A stretch of 64,000 nt of DNA. Origin: Patescibacteria group bacterium (GTDB lineage: Bacteria; Patescibacteriota; Kazan-3B-28; UBA10110). This document shows positions 56,807 to 64,000 of the stretch, piece after piece (positions within the stretch are counted from its first letter, which is position 1; the number at the start of each line of letters is the position of its first letter). Location of the stretch: positions 7,036-71,035 of the forward strand of contig JAZDKW010000020.1 of the NCBI GenBank assembly GCA_043802665.1, given 5' to 3'. The notes under the pieces are model-generated. The model had not been told where the DNA came from and made no database searches. It saw only the letters and a program-made list of their open reading frames with translations. The translations under genes and the position numbers were made by a program.

Positions 56807-57628
56807 ATGAATTACAAAAAAATAATATTTTTAGTCGCGTTATTAGTCATTTTGGGAGCGGCTAGTTGTAGTAAGAGCAGTTCATCAATTGCCACGATTG
56901 GTGAAATGGCAGTAACAACTCAAATTAATAATGATAATACTCCAATCAGCAGTTTGCCAGTTATTTTGGATACCTCTCAAAAGATTTATGCCACAGTTGA
57001 ATTAATTAATATCCAAAGAGGGGACAACGTGCAAGTAATATGGAGTTATACTCCCAAAAATCAAATTATTGCCACTGAGACATTTAATGGTCGGCGCGCA
57101 TCGGATCAACCATATGATTTTATTGGTGGGCCTAGCCCAGCCACCAGTTGGTTGGCTTCTTCCGTAACCCTAACAGATTTAAATTGGCCCAATGGTGATT
57201 ACGAAATAGTAGTACAGCTAAATCGTAAAGAGATTAAAAAATTAGGTTTTACTGTTACTAATGAACATGAATTAGATACAGTCACCAAACAAGCCATGAT
57301 TAAAAATACATGGCTTGGTAAAGGCATTAACAGTAACCATCAAATTACTCTGCCAACTACTAATTTTTCCAAAACAGATGACAATATTTATGCTGTTGTG
57401 TTAACCAAAGATATTCCAACCAATACTCGTCTGAAAGCCCAATGGGAGCTTTTAGAAACAGGTCAGATTATTAACGAATTTATTACCACTGTTTCGGGCA
57501 GTGAGTATGTCCCATTTGTGTTAAATTTACAACAATCCAACCGAACAACTTGGGCCAAGGGGAATTATACATTCAGTTTGTTTGTGGATAATGTCATGGT
57601 TGGTACCAAAAATTTTCAGATTAGTTAA
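56807..57628 (+). CDS. hypothetical lipoprotein
   Basis: 273 aa; signal peptide ending in the lipobox-like LGAASCS. Confidence 0.5.
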   Translation: MNYKKIIFLVALLVILGAASCSKSSSSIATIGEMAVTTQINNDNTPISSLPVILDTSQKIYATVELINIQRGDNVQVIWSYTPKNQIIATETFNGRRASDQPYDFIGGPSPATSWLASSVTLTDLNWPNGDYEIVVQLNRKEIKKLGFTVTNEHELDTVTKQAMIKNTWLGKGINSNHQITLPTTNFSKTDDNIYAVVLTKDIPTNTRLKAQWELLETGQIINEFITTVSGSEYVPFVLNLQQSNRTTWAKGNYTFSLFVDNVMVGTKNFQIS

Positions 57629-57775
57629 AGAGATTATTATAACGGTTATCCCCAATTTATAGGAGAAGGTTACTTTTTCATTGCATCTAGCGCAGTAAAT
57701 TGTTGACAAATCCCAGTGTAATTGTTAATTTGGGATTATGGCAAAATTTTAAACTAAGGCTCCTACCCTATCTTT

Positions 57776-60700
57776 TTGGTAAATATAATCAAAAGGGCAA
57801 TTTTTATGTTAGCCAAATCATCTTCATTATCTACAATCGACAACTCAAATTTTGTTGATAAGTGGTACGCGCCAGCCAAAGACTTGGCTATTTTGCCTGA
57901 TTTAAATTCTTTACAAGTTAATTCATACCAGTGGTTTATTAAAGAAGGGCTCAAGGAATTATTTGAAGAGATTAGCCCTGTAGAAGATTTGACTGGCAAA
58001 AATCTTGAGTTGCATTTTGTGGATTATTATTTGGATGAATCCAAGGTAGATGAAGATACTTCCAGAAATTCAGATATGACTTACGAAGCTTCTTTGCGGG
58101 TCAAATTAAGATTAATTAATAAAGAAACAGGCGAAATTAAGGAACAAGAAGTATTCTTGGGCGACATTCCTGTTATGACTGCTGCGGGCGCTTTTATTAT
58201 AAATGGAATTGAACGAGTAGTTATTTCTCAATTAATTCGTTCAGCAGGGGTGTTATTTACCAGAAGTGAAGGGTTAACCCATGGTCAATATGGCACTAAA
58301 ATTATTCCTGAAAGAGGGGCTTGGCTAGAGATTGAAACCAATAATAAAGGTATTTTAACGGTTAAAATTGATCGTAAGCGCAAAACCTACTTAACTACTC
58401 TGTTACGTGCTTTTGGTTTGGGTAGTGATAGTGAGCTAATTGAAGCGTTTAAAGATGTTAACACTAATCCTAAAATGGATTACATCCAAACTACTATTGA
58501 TCGTGATCCCACCAAGTCTAGTGATCAGGCTATCTTAGAGGTATATAAAAAGATGCGCCCAGGTGATTTAGCCACTGTGGATAATGCGCGTAACCTTTTC
58601 CACAATGTTTTTATGAGTTTGCGTCGTTATGATTTAAGCAGTGTTGGACGCTACAAGCTGAACAAACGCTTAAAGCTGGATTTACCTAACAATAAAGAAT
58701 TCCGAGTTTTAACTATAGATGATTTAGTCGCTATCACTAAAGAAATTATCAGGTTAAATAATGAAGGCGGTCCAGCTGATGATGTGGATAACTTAAAAAA
58801 TCGTCGGGTTAAAGCTGTGGGAGAGTTGGTATTAAATAGATTTCGCACTGGCATGATGCGAGTAGAGAGAATTGTGAAAGATCGCATGAGTGTATCTGAT
58901 ATCCACACAGTTACTCCGGCTCAATTAATTAATGCCCGTCCCATCACAGCTATCCTACAAGAATTCTTTGGTAGTTCGCAGTTGTCACAGTTTATGGATC
59001 AGACTAATCCCCTATCTGAGTTAGAGAATAAACGCAGGATGTCCGCTATGGGTCCAGGTGGTCTTTCGCATGAACGGGCTGGTTTTGAGGTGCGAGACGT
59101 TCACTCGTCGCATTATGGTAGAATTTGTCCCATCCAAACTCCTGAAGGACCTAATATCGGTTTGGTGATGTATTTGTCCTCGTTGGCCAGAGTTAACCAC
59201 TATGGGTTTATTGAAACGCCTTACCACAAAATTATTCACGAAGTAGCCAATGACGGGAAATCACTTGTTGGCCATGTGTTATTTAAGGATATTGTGGCGC
59301 CAGGCAGTACTAAAGTTTTGGTATCTGCCGGTCAATTAATTAGTACCGAAACTGCAGAAATGTTGACCAAGTATAAAGACATTACAGTTATCCCAATAAA
59401 ATCAAGGATTCTTGATCATATTGATTATTTAGATGTTTACAGTGAAGAAAAGGCTTTGATTGCTCAGCCCAATATTTCTCAAGATGAAAACGGTGTTATC
59501 TTGTGTGATCGAGTGATTGCCAGAGAGGGCGGCGGTGGTGATCCGCTGACTACTTCGGTAGGGCATCTGGACTATGTTGATGTATCTGCTCGGCAGACAC
59601 TCAGTATTGCTGCATCGTTGATCCCGTTCATTGAACATGATGATGCTCGTAGAGCTCTTATGGGTGCCAATATGCAACGCCAAGCTGTTCCTTTGGTCAA
59701 ACCACAGGTTCCCTTAGTGGGTACTGGCATGGAGGGTGCAGCGGCGGTAGGTTCTGGCTGGGTCATTACTGCCCCCGTAGCGGGGACTATTAAATACGTT
59801 GATGCCAATAGAATTGATTTAGTTGGTGATAAGGATAGCAAAACACACACATTTAAACTAGCTAATTTTCGTAAGTCTAATGCTGAGACAGTTTTGCACC
59901 AGAGCCCAATTGTAAATCTTGGTCAAAAAGTTACCAAAGGACAAGCTTTGTGTAATGGCCCAGCAATTAGTAATGGTAAATTAGCACTTGGTCGTAATTT
60001 GCTAGTTGCTTTTATGCCATGGGGTGGGGCTAACTATGAAGATGCCATTATTTTGTCAGATAATTTAGTCAAAGAAGATGTTTATACATCCATCCATATT
60101 AAAAGACAAGAAATTGATGTACGAGAAACTAAATTAGGTCCAGAAATTACCACCAGAGATATTCCCAATGTAGGAGAAGATGCCGTAGCAGATTTAGATG
60201 AGGATGGAGTTGTCCGAATTGGTGCCAGAGTTAAGGCTAATGATATTTTAGTGGGTAAAATTACACCAAAGGGAGAAACAGAGCTAACAGCCGAAGAAAG
60301 ATTATTGCGTGCTATTTTTGGCGAAAAAGTAAAAGATGTGAAAGATACTTCATTAAAATTACCTCATGGTGGATATGGCAAAGTGGTTGCGGTAAAAATA
60401 TTTGATCACGATAAGGGTGACAAATTGGAAGTGGGAGTGATTAAGCGTATTTATGTTTATATTGCTCAAATGCGCAAAATATCAGTTGGAGATAAGTTAT
60501 CTGGTCGCCATGGTAATAAAGGTGTTATTTCGCGAATTATGCCAGCTGCTGATATGTCATTTATGGCTGATGGCACACCAGTGGACATTATTTTAAATCC
60601 ACTCGGTGTTGTTTCGCGGATGAATTTAGGTCAAGTATTAGAAACCCATTTAGGTTGGGCAGCTGCTAAGCAAGGATTTAATAGTAGTAATCCGGTATTT

Positions 60701-61219
60701 GAAGGTATTGATATGGATGGTATTGTTGATGAATTGAAAAAAGCTGGTTTACCAGAAGATGGCAAGATTCAATTATTTGATGGGCTGACTGGTGACGCAT
60801 TTGATCAGAAAACTATGGTGGGTATGATTTACATGCTAAAGCTTAACCATATGGTTGATGATAAAATTCATGCTCGGTCGATTGGCCCTTATGCTCTTGT
60901 TACTCAACAACCATTAGGAGGTAAAGCCCAACTTGGCGGTCAAAGAGTTGGAGAAATGGAAGTTTGGGCCCTAGAAGGCTATGGAGCCGCACATATTTTA
61001 CAAGAAATGTTGACAATTAAATCTGACGATGTGTTGGGTAGGTCCAATGCATATAAATCAATCATTCGGGGTGAGGAAATTCAAAAACCACAAACCCCCG
61101 AAGCCTTTAACGTTATTGCGAAAGAATTGCAAGGTTTAGGTCTTAATATTGAATTATTAGATGCTGATGGTAAATCAATTGGTGATAGCCCGGCGCCACG
61201 CAAATTTAGAAAAAAGTAA
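57776..61219 (+). CDS. rpoB: DNA-directed RNA polymerase subunit beta
   Basis: 1147 aa; all conserved beta-subunit regions; the real start may be 57806 (MLAKSS...). Confidence 0.95.
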   Translation: MVNIIKRAIFMLAKSSSLSTIDNSNFVDKWYAPAKDLAILPDLNSLQVNSYQWFIKEGLKELFEEISPVEDLTGKNLELHFVDYYLDESKVDEDTSRNSDMTYEASLRVKLRLINKETGEIKEQEVFLGDIPVMTAAGAFIINGIERVVISQLIRSAGVLFTRSEGLTHGQYGTKIIPERGAWLEIETNNKGILTVKIDRKRKTYLTTLLRAFGLGSDSELIEAFKDVNTNPKMDYIQTTIDRDPTKSSDQAILEVYKKMRPGDLATVDNARNLFHNVFMSLRRYDLSSVGRYKLNKRLKLDLPNNKEFRVLTIDDLVAITKEIIRLNNEGGPADDVDNLKNRRVKAVGELVLNRFRTGMMRVERIVKDRMSVSDIHTVTPAQLINARPITAILQEFFGSSQLSQFMDQTNPLSELENKRRMSAMGPGGLSHERAGFEVRDVHSSHYGRICPIQTPEGPNIGLVMYLSSLARVNHYGFIETPYHKIIHEVANDGKSLVGHVLFKDIVAPGSTKVLVSAGQLISTETAEMLTKYKDITVIPIKSRILDHIDYLDVYSEEKALIAQPNISQDENGVILCDRVIAREGGGGDPLTTSVGHLDYVDVSARQTLSIAASLIPFIEHDDARRALMGANMQRQAVPLVKPQVPLVGTGMEGAAAVGSGWVITAPVAGTIKYVDANRIDLVGDKDSKTHTFKLANFRKSNAETVLHQSPIVNLGQKVTKGQALCNGPAISNGKLALGRNLLVAFMPWGGANYEDAIILSDNLVKEDVYTSIHIKRQEIDVRETKLGPEITTRDIPNVGEDAVADLDEDGVVRIGARVKANDILVGKITPKGETELTAEERLLRAIFGEKVKDVKDTSLKLPHGGYGKVVAVKIFDHDKGDKLEVGVIKRIYVYIAQMRKISVGDKLSGRHGNKGVISRIMPAADMSFMADGTPVDIILNPLGVVSRMNLGQVLETHLGWAAAKQGFNSSNPVFEGIDMDGIVDELKKAGLPEDGKIQLFDGLTGDAFDQKTMVGMIYMLKLNHMVDDKIHARSIGPYALVTQQPLGGKAQLGGQRVGEMEVWALEGYGAAHILQEMLTIKSDDVLGRSNAYKSIIRGEEIQKPQTPEAFNVIAKELQGLGLNIELLDADGKSIGDSPAPRKFRKK

Positions 61220-61221
61220 TT

Positions 61222-64000
61222 ATGAGTATGATCACCGAAAAAAATAGTGATAAGAAAAATATTTCCGATATGTTTGAATCGGTGCGAATATCATTAGCAT
61301 CCCCAGAAAAAATTTTGGAATGGTCTCACGGAGAAATTACAAAACCCGAAACGATTAATTATCGCACACTTAAGCCAGAAAAAGATGGGTTGTTTGATGA
61401 AAGGATTTTCGGGCCCACCAAAGATTGGGAATGTTATTGTGGCAAATATAAAAAAATTCGTTACAAAGGCATAGTTTGTGATAAATGTGGTGTAGAAGTT
61501 ACTCGATCATTGGTACGACGCGAGCGTATGGGACATATTAGTTTAGCAGTACCAGTAACTCATATTTGGTATTTACGAGGCGCACCATCTAAATTGGCCT
61601 TGGCTTTGGATGTACCTTCGCGCAAATTGGAACAGGTAGTTTATTTTGCCGCTTACATTGTTACCGAAGTGAATGAAGAAATGCGTCAGCAGGCGATTAA
61701 TCAATTAGCTTCAGAGTATGCTCAGCACACTAAAGGAATTAAAAATGATTATAAAACGAAAATGGATGGGGCTAATAATCTTACTGAGCGAGAGCGCATC
61801 AGTAAAGAATTAGCTGAAAAATTAGATAAACTCAAAGTAGCTTATAATACTGCTGTTTCAGAAATTGGTAGTATTAAACTTAAAACAATTTTGTCAGAGT
61901 TAGAGTATCGTGATTTAAGTTTAAAATACGGAGGAGTTTTTAAAGCTAGTATTGGTGCAGAGGCAGTCTATGATTTGGTTGGTAAATTAGATGTTGTCAC
62001 TGATATGGCTGAGTTAAGCAAAGCATTAATCGATGCTGTTGGGCAAAAGCGTAAACGTTTTCAAAAGAGATTGCGGTTACTAAGAAATTTTCATGAGGCC
62101 AGTATTATCCCAAGGTGGATGTTATTGACCAATTTGCCAGTTATACCTCCCGATTTGCGACCTATGGTTCAGTTGGATGGTGGCAGATTTGCTACATCAG
62201 ACCTCAATGATTTATATCGTAGGGTAATTAATCGTAATAATCGACTTAAGAAACTATTAGATTTAGGTGCCCCAGAAGTTATCACCCGCAATGAAAAAAG
62301 AATGTTACAGGAAGCTGTTGATGCTTTGCTAGACTTAACTGCTAGAGAAACTTCTACCTCGACGGTTAGTAAACGAAAACTAAAATCTTTATCTGATTTA
62401 TTGCGCGGGAAACAAGGTCGTTTCCGTCAGAATTTGCTTGGTAAGCGGGTAGATTATTCTGGCCGAAGTGTGATTGTGGTGGGGCCAACCCTAAAGCTTG
62501 ATCAATGCGGTTTACCCAAAACGATTGCTTTAGAAATATTTAAGCCATTTGTAATTGCTAATTTGATGCGCAATGAAATTGTGCATAATGTTAAAACTGC
62601 TAGCAAAATGGTTGAGCGTCAAGTGCCAGAAGTATGGGATGCCCTTGATGAAGTGATTGGGCATTACTATGTATTGTTGGATCGTGCTCCAACTTTACAT
62701 CGTTTAGGCATTCAGGCGTTTAAACCTATATTAGTAGAAGGTAATGCTATCCAATTACATCCCCTAACTTGTCTTGCCTTTAATGCTGATTTTGATGGTG
62801 ATCAAATGGCTGTTCATTTGCCACTTTCTCGCGCGGCTCAAGCGGAAGCAAGAGATATTATGTTATCAACTCATAACCTACTGAAACCGGCTACGGGTGA
62901 TCCCATTATTGTACCTAGTCAGGATATTGTGCTGGGATGTTATTACGCTACGTTAATGAAACAATCAACCAAGAGCACAATTGTGAAAGCCTTTAAAAGC
63001 GTTGATGAGCTAACCCTAGTTCATATAAATGGGTTAATTGATTATCATGACATTATTAAAATAAAATTAACTGCCGAAAGTGATTGGTTAGAAACTACTT
63101 TGGGGCGAGTATTATTTAATCAAATTATTCCCGAAGGTATTGCTTATGTTAATGCACCAGTAGTAAAGAAGACGTTAAAAAATATAATTCGTGCGGTCTA
63201 TGAAATGTATGGTGATGAGGTAACTGCTAAATTCGCCGATGATTTAAAAAATATTGGTTTTAAATTTGCTACAGCTTCGGGGGCCACTTTTAGTGCCACT
63301 GATATTATCATCCCTCCAGAAAAAACTCAGATAATGCAAGAAGCGGAAGATAAGGTTGAACAAATTCGGTTGCAATATAAAGAAGGTTTAATCACTACTG
63401 AAGAAAAGAAAAGGTTATCTATTGAAGCATGGTCTGATGCTAAATCTGATATCGAGAGTTTTGCTCATAAAAAAGATGATCCATTTTTTTCAATTAATCT
63501 AATGATGGATTCACAGGCTCGTGGCAGTATGGAACAACTCAACCAAATGGCTGGGATGAAAGGTATTGTGGTGAACCCAGCTGGTAGAGCGATTGAATTG
63601 CCAGTTAAATCTAACTACAAAGAAGGTTTAACTCCACTGGAATACTTTATTTCTACTCACGGTGCTCGTAAGGGTGGTGCTGATACAGCTCTCAAGACAT
63701 CTGATGCAGGTTATCTTACTCGCCGGTTAGTGGATGTAGCCCAAGATATGACTGTTATGCAAGCTGATTGCGGTGTCAAAATCGGTCGTACTATTACCAA
63801 GGAGTATGTTGAATCAATTAATGATAAACTTTCGTCAGTTGTGGCCGGTCGATTTACTCTAGAACCAATTATTAGTGCTGATGGCAAAGAAGTAATACCT
63901 ACTGATACCTATATAGATAAAATAGCAGAGCAGATTATTGAAGAATCTGGCGTCACTGAAGTTGCTGTTCGCTCAATTCTACATTGCCAATCCGAACATG
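61222..64000 (+). CDS. rpoC: DNA-directed RNA polymerase subunit beta' (partial, continues beyond window)
   Basis: Starts 2 nt after the rpoB stop. Carries the N-terminal zinc-binding CYCGKYKKIRYKGIVCDKCGVEV and the catalytic NADFDGD region. The ORF track stops listing at ~59.8 kb. Confidence 0.9.
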   Translation, partial: MSMITEKNSDKKNISDMFESVRISLASPEKILEWSHGEITKPETINYRTLKPEKDGLFDERIFGPTKDWECYCGKYKKIRYKGIVCDKCGVEVTRSLVRRERMGHISLAVPVTHIWYLRGAPSKLALALDVPSRKLEQVVYFAAYIVTEVNEEMRQQAINQLASEYAQHTKGIKNDYKTKMDGANNLTERERISKELAEKLDKLKVAYNTAVSEIGSIKLKTILSELEYRDLSLKYGGVFKASIGAEAVYDLVGKLDVVTDMAELSKALIDAVGQKRKRFQKRLRLLRNFHEASIIPRWMLLTNLPVIPPDLRPMVQLDGGRFATSDLNDLYRRVINRNNRLKKLLDLGAPEVITRNEKRMLQEAVDALLDLTARETSTSTVSKRKLKSLSDLLRGKQGRFRQNLLGKRVDYSGRSVIVVGPTLKLDQCGLPKTIALEIFKPFVIANLMRNEIVHNVKTASKMVERQVPEVWDALDEVIGHYYVLLDRAPTLHRLGIQAFKPILVEGNAIQLHPLTCLAFNADFDGDQMAVHLPLSRAAQAEARDIMLSTHNLLKPATGDPIIVPSQDIVLGCYYATLMKQSTKSTIVKAFKSVDELTLVHINGLIDYHDIIKIKLTAESDWLETTLGRVLFNQIIPEGIAYVNAPVVKKTLKNIIRAVYEMYGDEVTAKFADDLKNIGFKFATASGATFSATDIIIPPEKTQIMQEAEDKVEQIRLQYKEGLITTEEKKRLSIEAWSDAKSDIESFAHKKDDPFFSINLMMDSQARGSMEQLNQMAGMKGIVVNPAGRAIELPVKSNYKEGLTPLEYFISTHGARKGGADTALKTSDAGYLTRRLVDVAQDMTVMQADCGVKIGRTITKEYVESINDKLSSVVAGRFTLEPIISADGKEVIPTDTYIDKIAEQIIEESGVTEVAVRSILHCQSEH

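Overview
This is a 64-kb window from a low-GC (~40%) bacterium. The gene content and compact organisation are consistent with a small-genome Patescibacteria/CPR-type organism, though that placement is inference. Most of the window is conserved housekeeping: recR-ybaB, dnaX, dnaB, ftsQ-murC, a nearly complete dcw cluster (mraZ-rsmH-ftsL-ftsI-murF-mraY-murD-ftsW-murG), truB, ftsEX-envC-ctpA, prfB with its programmed +1 frameshift, infC, rplI, glyQS, a MacAB-like efflux trio, secG, an htpX/lemA pair and rpoB-rpoC. Six tRNA genes are present. One of them, tRNA-Phe, carries a ~219-nt group I intron in its anticodon loop.

The main departures from ordinary are these:
- **GC-rich cassette array (47.2-50.7 kb).** Four genes with strong Shine-Dalgarno sites are separated by five copies of a conserved hairpin-forming inverted repeat. 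The array sits in a tRNA hot-spot that also contains tRNA fragments and a pseudo-tRNA.
- **Second small-gene island (26.5-28.5 kb).** It carries four copies of a different ~65-nt structured repeat whose stem is kept while the loop varies.
- **Three ~117-nt elements with terminal inverted repeats CCCGTTAGAAG/CTTCTAACGGG.** Each exactly fills a stop-to-start intergenic gap.
- **Direct-repeat-bounded insertion splitting the dcw cluster.** It holds an AbrB-like regulator, a membrane protein of ~20-aa YD-like tandem repeats and a Cas4/RecB-like PD-(D/E)XK nuclease.
- **Abundant MITE-like family** with terminal inverted repeats (C)GTCATYCYG.

No recombinase, CRISPR array or rRNA was found.
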